Positions 43,650 through 51,865 of a stretch of DNA of 64,000 nucleotides are shown piece by piece. The number at the start of each line of letters is the position of its first letter. The first letter of the stretch is position 1. This DNA is from Solirubrobacterales bacterium. Its GTDB lineage: Bacteria > Actinomycetota > Thermoleophilia > Solirubrobacterales > 70-9. A model generated the notes under the pieces. The model was not told where the DNA came from, searched no databases, and worked only from the letters and a program-made list of their open reading frames with translations. Where the stretch lies: NCBI GenBank assembly GCA_038237625.1, contig JBBRYM010000009.1:36398-100397 (forward strand), given 5' to 3'. Made by a program: the position numbers and the translations under genes.

Positions 43650-43711
43650 CATGTGCGCCCCTTAAGCATGTGCGCCTCTGCAGACCCTCCCGCGAAAGGA
43701 CCCAAGCCACG

Positions 43712-44572
43712 ATGAGCACCGCAATCCAGGCCTTCAATGCGGACGCTATCGGCGCCTGGGGAGAGCCGGTTGAGTTCGCCGTCGAGCAGGAGCGCATCAC
43801 GGCCTATGCGGCGGCCACGAACGATCCAATCGCAGAGCACCTATCGGGAGCGATCGCCCCGCCGGTGTTTGCGATCGTGCCCGCTTTTCAGGCGCTGGTA
43901 ACGGCGTCTGTCACGGTGATCCCCGCGGAGCTCCTCATGCGCATCCTCCACGGCGAGCAGGACTTCCACTTCCACTCCCCCATCGTTCCCGGGCAACAGC
44001 TGACGACCGTCGCCGCGCCAATCGGCATCCGCGGCCGCTCGTCGGGCGTCACCGTGGTCTGCAAGGGCGAGACTCGCGACGCGGCCACGGGACAGCTCCT
44101 CGTCGAGCAGTACATGACGTCGTTCGTTCGCCGCGCTGAGGGCGCTGATGACGTCGGCGAGGATACCCCGGCGCACGGCTTCGACGAGGCCCTGCGTGAG
44201 CGCGAGCCCGCGGCGAGGGTCGAGCAGACCTTCGACTCCGATCAGACGTTTCGCTACTCGGAGGCCTCCGGCGACCCGATGCCGATCCATCTCGACGACA
44301 GCGTCGCCAAAGCGGCGGGTCTTCCCGGGATCATCATCCACGGCCTCTGCACCATGGCTTTCACCTCCGTCGTTGTGATCCAGCACGCCTGCCCGGACGA
44401 CCCCACGCGCCTGCGCCGGCTCGCCGTGCGCTTCGCACGGCCCGTGCGGCCCGGACAGACGATCACGACTAGCCTTTGGCAGGCCGGGGGCGGCTCCTTC
44501 GCCTACGAGACGACGTCGGACTCCGGCGACACCGTGATCAAGGATGGAATAGGTGTTGTTGAGGAGCTTTAG
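43712..44572 (+). CDS. MaoC-family (R)-specific enoyl-CoA hydratase, double hot-dog
   Basis: The ATG at 43712 is preceded by GAAAGGA. The N-terminal half is hot-dog-like. The C-terminal half has YSEASGDPMPIHLDD..A...GLPG.IIHGL, typical of MaoC. Confidence 0.8.
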   Translation: MSTAIQAFNADAIGAWGEPVEFAVEQERITAYAAATNDPIAEHLSGAIAPPVFAIVPAFQALVTASVTVIPAELLMRILHGEQDFHFHSPIVPGQQLTTVAAPIGIRGRSSGVTVVCKGETRDAATGQLLVEQYMTSFVRRAEGADDVGEDTPAHGFDEALREREPAARVEQTFDSDQTFRYSEASGDPMPIHLDDSVAKAAGLPGIIIHGLCTMAFTSVVVIQHACPDDPTRLRRLAVRFARPVRPGQTITTSLWQAGGGSFAYETTSDSGDTVIKDGIGVVEEL

Positions 44573-44593
44573 CTCCGAAAGCAGGAGGAGCGG

Positions 44594-46018
44594 ATGACAG
44601 TCACCGCGCCCGAGCCCCTCAGCGCCAACCCCCTGCGGCGGATCGTCACCGACCTCTGGACCGAGCGCTCTTACAACGGGCACTTCCCGCCGGGGCCAAA
44701 GAGCTTCGACCTGCTGCGAACGCGCGACTTCATGCGCGACCCGCTGCGCTTCCTTCTCGCCAGCTACGAGGAGCATGGGCCGATCTTCTCCACGCGCCTG
44801 TTCCACATGCGCGACGTGTTCATGCTCGGGCCCGCAGCCAATCACTTTGTGACGGTCTCGGACACCGAGAACTTCCACTGGCGCGAGGGAAGCTTTGGCG
44901 ACCTCGTGCCCCTGCTCGGCGACGGGCTGCTGACCATCGACGGCGCCTACCACGACCGCGCCCGCGCGATCATGATGCCCTCGTTCCATCGCGAGCGGAT
45001 CGAGGCCGCGGTGGCGACGATGGTCGCCGAGGCCGACCGCGCCCTGGAGAGCTGGGAGCCGGGCGAGGTTGTGGACGTCTACGACTGGGCGCGCAACCTG
45101 GCGATGCGCATCGCCATGCGTGCCCTCCTCGGCCTCGACCCCGACGATGGCGACACCGGCGCCTCCGCCGCGCATCATTTCGAGCGCGCCCTCTACTGGT
45201 ACGGGACCGATCCGTGGGTTCGCGTGCTGCGTGGCCCGCGAACCCCGTGGCGGCGCCTGCTGGAGTCGCGTCAGGTCCTCGACCGGATCGTGCTGGGCGA
45301 GATCGAACGCCGGCGGCGCGACCCCGATCCCACGCGCGCGGACATCCTCAGCCTGTTGATCGAGGCGACCGACGACGACGGCTCCCAGCTCAGCGACATT
45401 GAGATCCGCGACCAGGCGATGACCCTTTTGTTCGCGGGCCACGACACCTCGACATCAACGATCTCCTTCATGCTCTACGAGCTCGCGCGTAACCCCCGCG
45501 AGCTCGAGCTCCTCACCGGCGAGCAAGACGACGTGCTGGCGGGGAAACCTCCAGGCGCGGAGCACCTCGGCGGCGCGCTCCCCAGGCTCGAGATGGCCCT
45601 TGACGAGACTCTGCGGCTGTACCCGCCCGCCTGGATCGGGCCGCGCCGGGCCATGCGAACCTTCGAGTTCGGCGGCTACGAGGTGCCCGCGGGCGCCTAC
45701 GTCAACTACTGCTCGTGGGCCAGCCACCGGCTCCCCGAGGTCTTCCCGGAGCCGGAGGCGTTCATCTCCGACCGCTTCACGCGGGAGCGCAAGGCTGCCC
45801 TGCCGAAGGGGGCGTACATCCCGTTCGGGGGCGGCCGGCGTATCTGCGTAGGCAAGCGCTTCGGCCAGACCGAAGTCCGCACCGTGGTCACGATGATCCT
45901 CCAGCGCTGCCGCCTCGAGCTCCGGCCCGGGCGGACGATGGCGATCCGCCAGATGCCGACGCTGAGCCCGCGCGGCGGGCTCGAGATGACCGTGCGCGAG
46001 CGCGGCGTGCCTGTTTGA
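44594..46018 (+). CDS. cytochrome P450
   Basis: I-helix AGHDTS, K-helix ETLRL, and the heme loop FGGGRRICVGKRFG. Confidence 0.9.
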   Translation: MTVTAPEPLSANPLRRIVTDLWTERSYNGHFPPGPKSFDLLRTRDFMRDPLRFLLASYEEHGPIFSTRLFHMRDVFMLGPAANHFVTVSDTENFHWREGSFGDLVPLLGDGLLTIDGAYHDRARAIMMPSFHRERIEAAVATMVAEADRALESWEPGEVVDVYDWARNLAMRIAMRALLGLDPDDGDTGASAAHHFERALYWYGTDPWVRVLRGPRTPWRRLLESRQVLDRIVLGEIERRRRDPDPTRADILSLLIEATDDDGSQLSDIEIRDQAMTLLFAGHDTSTSTISFMLYELARNPRELELLTGEQDDVLAGKPPGAEHLGGALPRLEMALDETLRLYPPAWIGPRRAMRTFEFGGYEVPAGAYVNYCSWASHRLPEVFPEPEAFISDRFTRERKAALPKGAYIPFGGGRRICVGKRFGQTEVRTVVTMILQRCRLELRPGRTMAIRQMPTLSPRGGLEMTVRERGVPV

Positions 46019-46394
46019 CGAAGGGGCCTGCCTACGCCGCCAGGCGCCGGCGGGCCGCATCTATGCGTGACCAGCTCGGCGAAACCGCGAGTGCCTCGGC
46101 GAACCGGATGGTCCTCGGGTCGAGGTCCTGCCTTCGCCCCGGGCTCCGGTTTCGCATGATCGGCAGCACAGTTGCCGACTGCTCCAACTCCTCGCGCACG
46201 TTCATGAGGCTGCTCCAGTCCGAAGTGCTCACATCGACCTCCGTCTTCGGCGATCCCAATCGCGATTTCGTGACGTTTCGAACTAGGCGCGAGTGTATGC
46301 AGCCGTCCGGACAGCATCAGGCGGGCAAACCCGCAATTTGCGATGTAGTCGTTTCGCGGGGTGAGCAGGTACGCAGCCGTGTAGCGTTGCGCCG

Positions 46395-47267
46395 ATGAGC
46401 GACCCGCCCGCCGACCCGCCCACACCGGCGATCCCGGAGCCGCCCGCCGACGAGGGCCCGGTCGTAGATCCAGGTGCAACCGAGACCCAGGCGGAGACCC
46501 CCGAACAGGCTGCGAGCCGCGTGCGGGCCATTGACTCCTCGGCGGGCGCGATGAAAGTGGCGAAGGCGCTTCGCAAGATCCTTCCGGGCGATGCCGACTA
46601 CGGGGACCGGCTCTCGACAACGGGCAAGCAGCCCTCGCAGGTGCTTGGACAGCGCGTCGCGGCACTCACCGCCGAGCGCCCGTCGGCGCTTCGTGAGATC
46701 GGCCTCAGCGCGCTCCAGGTCTGGCAGGCGCTGGCCGATGCGCCCGGCGGAACGGCCGGCTACGCCGAGGTCGCAATCCTCTTCACCGACCTCGTCTCGT
46801 TCTCGCGCTGGGCGCTCGAGGCGGGCGACGCGGCGGCGATACAGCTCCTGCGGCGAGTTGGTGAGGCGACCGAGCCGCCAATCGAGGCGCGAGGGGGGAA
46901 GCTCGTTAAGCGCTTGGGCGACGGCCTCATGGCCGTCTTCGACGACCCCCAGGGAGCGGTGGAGGCGGCGATCGAAGCGACTGCCGCTACCCGAAACATC
47001 GAGGCCGTGGGCTACCGCCCGCAGCTGCGGGCGGGGGTTCATTTCGGCAAGGCGCAGAAGGTCGGCGGCGATTACCTGGGAGTTGACGTGAACGTGGCAG
47101 CGCGTGTCGCCGGGGCCGCCCGGGCCAACGAGGTGCTCGTCTCGGAAACCGCCCGCGAGCGTCTCAACACCGACGCAATGCGGCTGAAGCGGAAGTGGCT
47201 ATTCCGCGCGAAGGGCGCGCCCGAGGACCTCAAGGTGTACGCCGTGCAGACGATCGCCGGCAAATAG
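46395..47267 (+). CDS. class III adenylate/guanylate cyclase domain protein
   Basis: A Pro-rich N-terminus, then VAILFTDLVSFS ... KRLGDGLMAVF ... RAGVHFG ... GDYLGVDVNVAARV. Confidence 0.8.
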   Translation: MSDPPADPPTPAIPEPPADEGPVVDPGATETQAETPEQAASRVRAIDSSAGAMKVAKALRKILPGDADYGDRLSTTGKQPSQVLGQRVAALTAERPSALREIGLSALQVWQALADAPGGTAGYAEVAILFTDLVSFSRWALEAGDAAAIQLLRRVGEATEPPIEARGGKLVKRLGDGLMAVFDDPQGAVEAAIEATAATRNIEAVGYRPQLRAGVHFGKAQKVGGDYLGVDVNVAARVAGAARANEVLVSETARERLNTDAMRLKRKWLFRAKGAPEDLKVYAVQTIAGK

Positions 47268-47277
47268 GCTTCCCCCA

Positions 47278-48063
47278 ATGAGCGCCGTGCAGGTGACCAG
47301 GGACGGGCCGGCCGCGCGGGTGGTCCTCAACCGCCCCGAGGCGCTGAACGCCTGGAACGAGGAGCTCGGGACCGATCTGAACGCGGCAATCGGCGAGCTC
47401 GGCGTTGACGACAGCGTTCGCGCCGTGCTGATCACCGGCGCCGGCCGGGGGTTTTCATCTGGCGCCGACCTGCGCGAGACTCGTGACGGCGGCGAGGAGG
47501 GCTTGCCCGACCTATCGGAGCGCCTGCGAGAGATCTATCACCCGATCATCATCGGGATCCGCGAGATGCCGAAGCCCGTGATCGCCGCCGTCAACGGCCC
47601 GGCGGTCGGCATCGGCTGCTCGCTGGCGCTCGCCTGCGATTTGGTGGTGGCTGCCGAGTCGGCTTATTTCCTGTTGGCCTTCGTGAATATCGGCTTGGTT
47701 CCCGATGGCGGCGCCACCGCCATCCTGCCCGCCCGCATCGGGTTCGGGCGGAGCGCCGAGCTGGCGATGCTGGGCGAGAGGCTGCATGCGCCGGCAGCCC
47801 TCGAGTGGGGCCTGGTGAACCGGGTCGTCCCCGATGGCGACCTCGAGGCGGAGGCGGGAATGCTTCTGGAGCGGATGGCCAATGGGCCCACCACCTCCTA
47901 CGCCGGGGCCAAGCGCCTCCTAAACCGACGGGCCTACGCCGGCCTCGCCGATCAGCTCGACGCGGAGGCGGAGCAGCAGCGCGCGCAGGGATACACGGGC
48001 GACTTCGTCGAAGGCGTGGTCGCCTTCCTCGAGAAGCACCCGCCCCGATTCACCGGGGCCTGA
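47278..48063 (+). CDS. enoyl-CoA hydratase/isomerase (crotonase)
   Basis: VLITGAGRGFSSGADL ... PVIAAVNGPAVGIGCSLALACD are present. Confidence 0.9.
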   Translation: MSAVQVTRDGPAARVVLNRPEALNAWNEELGTDLNAAIGELGVDDSVRAVLITGAGRGFSSGADLRETRDGGEEGLPDLSERLREIYHPIIIGIREMPKPVIAAVNGPAVGIGCSLALACDLVVAAESAYFLLAFVNIGLVPDGGATAILPARIGFGRSAELAMLGERLHAPAALEWGLVNRVVPDGDLEAEAGMLLERMANGPTTSYAGAKRLLNRRAYAGLADQLDAEAEQQRAQGYTGDFVEGVVAFLEKHPPRFTGA

Positions 48064-48066
48064 GCG

Positions 48067-51015
48067 GTGCCCGCCATCCCGAACGGCCTTGGCGTTCGCA
48101 TTTCGCGTCTGGGTGCGGCGGCGCAAAACGCGCTGGAGGTCGCCCGGTTCGGCGGGCTCGAGACCGGCGAGGAGCCTTCATCGTTCGAGGTGATCGCCGA
48201 GCAGCCGGTCTATCGCCTGCGCCGATACTTCCCCGACGTGGCGGCCGGCCCTCCGGTCGTACTGGTCCCGCCGCTGATGCTGGCGGCCGACGTCTACGAC
48301 GTGGCCCCCAGCTCGAGCGCCGTCGCGACTCTCGCCGAGCACGGAGTCGACCCGTGGGTGGTTGACTTCGGATCCCCGGAGCACGAGGAGGGCGGGCTCG
48401 AGCGCAATCTCACCGACCATGTGCTCGCCGTCGCCGACGCCGTGAGGCGGGTATCGACCGAGACGGGCCAGAACGTGCACCTCGCCGGCTATTCCCAGGG
48501 TGGGATGTTCTGCTACCAGGCCGCTGCCTACCTTCGAAGCGAGGGCGTAGCAACCATCATCACCTTCGGCAGCCCCGTCGACACCGCATCTGCCCTGCCG
48601 CTCGGAATCCCAGAGGAGGTGGGCACGCGCGCGGCGAGCGCGCTGGCGCGGGCCTTCGAGCGCGGCGCTGTTCCCGCCTGGATGAGCCGCGAGGGCTTTC
48701 GCCTGCTCGACCCGGTGAAGTCCATGCGCCAGCGTCTCGACTTCGTGCGCCAGCTCGGCAACCGCGAGGCGCTCTTGCCTCGGGAACGCCAGCGACGCTT
48801 TTTGATGCGCGAGGGCTGGGTGGCCTGGCCGGGGCCGGCGCTGGCGGAGTTCATGCGCCAGTTCATCGTCCACAACCGGATGCTCTCGGGGGGCTTCGTC
48901 ATCGAAGGCCGGCTCGTCACCCTCGCGGACATCACCTCTCCCCTCCTCTACTTCGTCGGCGAGATCGACGAAATCGCGCCCGCCGACGTGGTCCGTGCGG
49001 TCCGCCGGGCGGTTCCCGAGGCCGACGTCTACGAGGTCGCTCTTCGTGCCGGGCATTTCGGCCTGGTGGTCGGCAGCTCCGCGACCAAGACCACCTGGCC
49101 GGTGGTAGCCGAGTGGGCTCGCTGGCGAACCGGGGACGGCGCGATGCCCGAGGTGCTCGAGCGAATCGACGAGATCGCCGCGGTCCGTGAGGACGATCCC
49201 GGCCTGCCCACCCGCGTAGTCCACGCCGCGGGCCTCACCGCGAACGTCGGCTACGGCATCGCCCGCTCGGCCGTGAGCGCCGCCCGGGCCGCCGGTGGCG
49301 CGGCGCGCGACCTCACGGGCGAGGCAGCGGGCCAGCTCACGAGGCTCTCTCGCCTGGAACGGGTCCGGCCGGGAACCAGGATCTCGATCGGAAGGCTTCT
49401 CGACGAACAGGCCACGAGCGCCCCCGACGAGGTCTTCTTTTTGTGGGAGGACCGCGCCTACACCCGGGCTCAGGTGAAGAGTCGTATTGACGCAGTGGTC
49501 CGCGGCCTGCTCTCGCTCGGGATCCGCCAGGGCGAGCACGTGGGCGTGCTGATGGGCCCGCGGCCCAGCGCCCTCTCCGTGGTCGGCGCCCTGAACCGGC
49601 TCGGGGCGATCGCCGTCCTCATGCGCCCGGACGGACCGGTGGCCCGCGAGGCCGAGCTCGCGCAGGTCAACCGGATCATCGCCGACCCCGATCTCGCCTC
49701 GGCAGCGCGAGAAGGCGCTTCGGTCCCGGTCCTCGTCCTCGGCGGAGGCGCCGGGCCGCGCGAGCTCGAGGCCGGCCTCGTCGACATGGAGCGCATCGAC
49801 CCCGACGACGTGGGAATCCCCGCCTGGTACCAGCCCAATCCGGGCCGGGCCGAGGACCTGGCGTTCATCCTCTTCACCGGGGAGGGCGAGCGCACGCGCC
49901 CGAACCGCATCACGAACGGCCGCTGGGCGGTCTCGGCGTTCGGCACAGCGACGTCGGCAGCCCTCGACTCGGGCGACACCGTCTACAGCGTCACGCCCGT
50001 CTACCACCCGTCCGGCCTCTTGATGTCGATCGGCGGCGCGGTGGCCGGGGGCAGCCGCCTCGCCCTGGCGCGCCGCTTCGACCCCGAGACCTTCTGGGAC
50101 GAGGCACGCCGCTACGGCGTCACCGTGTCGGCCTACACCTGGACGATGCTCCGCGACTTGGTCGAGGCCCCCGAGGACCCGCGCGAGCACCACCACTCGG
50201 TGCGACTGTTTATCGGCTCCGGGATGCCGCGCGGGCTCTGGCGCCGGGTCGCCGAGCGCTTTGCCCCCGCCTCGGTTCTGGAGTTCTACGCCTCAACCGA
50301 GGGCGACGCGGTACTCGTCAACCTCACCGGGTCGAAGCCGGGCTCCAAGGGCCGGCCCCTTCCCGGCAGCGCTGAGGTCCGCATCGCCGCCTACGACGCC
50401 TCGCGCAGCGCCCTCGAGGAGGGGCCCGACGGCTTCGCGGTTCCGTCGTCGCGCGGCGAGACGGGGATGCTCGTCGCGCGCGCAGGCCGGGGGACGGCGG
50501 TCGCGACAAGCGACACCCCCCTCCGGGGGCTCTTTGAGCCGGGCGATGCCTGGCTTCAGACCGGTGATCTCTTCCGCCGCGACGTGGACGGCGATTACTG
50601 GCTCGTGGCGCATTCGCACGCGCTCATCAGGTCGGCCGGCGGCAGGGTCCCGGCGATCCCGATCGAGGATGCCCTCGGCGACGTCGATGCGATCGACCTC
50701 GTCACGGCCTACGGAGTCTCGGCCGGCGAGACAGAGCTCGCCGTTGCGGCAGTCAGCCTGCGCGAAGGCAAGCGTCTCGGCCCCAAGGCGCTCACCAGCG
50801 CTCTGTCCGCTCTCGAGCAGCACGAGCGCCCCGCCGTGGTCCGCGTCGTGGATCAGATCCCGGTCACCACCTGGTACCGGCCGCTCACGGGCCGGCTGCG
50901 CAGGGAGGGGATTCCCAAGCCGGCGAAGGGCATGAAAGCCTGGTACTGGAACGCCGAGCGCGGGGCCTACTCCGCCCTGACGGCCGCGGCGCGAGAGCGC
51001 CTGCTCCAAGCCTAG
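48067..51015 (+). CDS. bifunctional alpha/beta-hydrolase (PHA-synthase/lipase-like) + acyl-CoA synthetase fusion (Rv1683-like architecture)
   Basis: 982 aa. The N-terminal roughly 400 aa form an alpha/beta fold with GYSQGG. The C-terminal roughly 550 aa are AMP-binding (FTGEGERT-type degenerate P-loop, YASTEG, TGDLFRRDVDGDYWLV). The architecture matches what I recall for M. tuberculosis Rv1683. Confidence 0.8.
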   Translation: MPAIPNGLGVRISRLGAAAQNALEVARFGGLETGEEPSSFEVIAEQPVYRLRRYFPDVAAGPPVVLVPPLMLAADVYDVAPSSSAVATLAEHGVDPWVVDFGSPEHEEGGLERNLTDHVLAVADAVRRVSTETGQNVHLAGYSQGGMFCYQAAAYLRSEGVATIITFGSPVDTASALPLGIPEEVGTRAASALARAFERGAVPAWMSREGFRLLDPVKSMRQRLDFVRQLGNREALLPRERQRRFLMREGWVAWPGPALAEFMRQFIVHNRMLSGGFVIEGRLVTLADITSPLLYFVGEIDEIAPADVVRAVRRAVPEADVYEVALRAGHFGLVVGSSATKTTWPVVAEWARWRTGDGAMPEVLERIDEIAAVREDDPGLPTRVVHAAGLTANVGYGIARSAVSAARAAGGAARDLTGEAAGQLTRLSRLERVRPGTRISIGRLLDEQATSAPDEVFFLWEDRAYTRAQVKSRIDAVVRGLLSLGIRQGEHVGVLMGPRPSALSVVGALNRLGAIAVLMRPDGPVAREAELAQVNRIIADPDLASAAREGASVPVLVLGGGAGPRELEAGLVDMERIDPDDVGIPAWYQPNPGRAEDLAFILFTGEGERTRPNRITNGRWAVSAFGTATSAALDSGDTVYSVTPVYHPSGLLMSIGGAVAGGSRLALARRFDPETFWDEARRYGVTVSAYTWTMLRDLVEAPEDPREHHHSVRLFIGSGMPRGLWRRVAERFAPASVLEFYASTEGDAVLVNLTGSKPGSKGRPLPGSAEVRIAAYDASRSALEEGPDGFAVPSSRGETGMLVARAGRGTAVATSDTPLRGLFEPGDAWLQTGDLFRRDVDGDYWLVAHSHALIRSAGGRVPAIPIEDALGDVDAIDLVTAYGVSAGETELAVAAVSLREGKRLGPKALTSALSALEQHERPAVVRVVDQIPVTTWYRPLTGRLRREGIPKPAKGMKAWYWNAERGAYSALTAAARERLLQA

Positions 51016-51037
51016 CGTTGGCGACACGCGCCAAGTC

Positions 51038-51088
51038 CGTCCCGGAGTCCCACCCTGTAGGGGGGTTTCCGGGACGTTCGTGGTGCGG
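51038..51088. repeat. inverted-repeat element copy C (GGGACGTTC family) between convergent genes
   Basis: CGTCCCGG, a 23-nt loop, then CCGGGACG. The right side, CCGGGACGTTCGTGGTGCGG, is 19/20 identical to 28850-28869. Confidence 0.6.
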
Positions 51089-51112
51089 GGGGGCTCGGGG
51101 CGCCGCGCCTCC

Positions 51113-51865
51113 CTACAGCCGCCCCGCCTCCAGCAGCCGCCGCAAAAAACGCCGGGTCTCGGGCTGCTCGGGCTCGCTCAGGAGCTTTCCGGGCGGATCA
51201 AGCTCGAGGATGCGGCCATCGTGCAGGAAGCCGACGAAGTCGGCGACCTCGCGGGCGAAGCTCATCTCGTGGGTGACGATGAGCATGGTCATCCCCTCGG
51301 CCTTCAACTCGCGGACGGCCTCCAGCACCTCGCCCACGAGCTCGGGATCTAGCGCGCTGGTGATCTCGTCGAGGAGCAGCGCGCGCGGCCGGCCCACCAG
51401 GGCGCGAACGATGGCGACCCGTTGCTGCTGGCCGCCGGAGAGCTCGTCGGGACGTTCGGTCTCCCTGCCCTCGAGCCCGAACCGGGCAAACAGAGTTCGA
51501 GCGCGCTCGACCGCGTCCTCGCGCGCCATGCCGTGGGCGCGCGTCGCTCCGAGCACTACGTTCTCCAGCGCCGTCAGATGCGGAAACAGGTTGTAGGCCT
51601 GGAAGACGACGCCGAGGCGCCGGCGCACGGCGACCGAATCGACCGCGGGGTCGGTCATCACATCGCCGTCGAGGAAGACGTCGCCGTCGTCGATCTCCTC
51701 CAGCAAATCCACGCAGCGAAGCAGCGTCGACTTGCCGGAGCCCGAGGCGCCGATGATCGCGATCGCCTGATGCTCGCGAACCTCCAGGTCCACGCCCCTC
51801 AGCACCTCTCGCTCGCCGAACGCCTTGGTCACGCCGCGGGCCTCGATGACTGGCGTCGAGCTCAG
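51113..51865 (-). CDS. amino-acid ABC transporter ATP-binding protein
   Basis: Walker A GASGSGKST, Q-loop, signature LSGGQQQRV, Walker B LLLDE. Start uncertain: the conserved N-terminal strand PVIEARGVTKAF has no in-frame ATG/GTG/TTG upstream of it. Candidates are a CTG at 51865 (CTGA overlap with the permease stop) or a GTG at 51832. Confidence 0.85.
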   Translation of the reverse strand: MSSTPVIEARGVTKAFGEREVLRGVDLEVREHQAIAIIGASGSGKSTLLRCVDLLEEIDDGDVFLDGDVMTDPAVDSVAVRRRLGVVFQAYNLFPHLTALENVVLGATRAHGMAREDAVERARTLFARFGLEGRETERPDELSGGQQQRVAIVRALVGRPRALLLDEITSALDPELVGEVLEAVRELKAEGMTMLIVTHEMSFAREVADFVGFLHDGRILELDPPGKLLSEPEQPETRRFLRRLLEAGRL

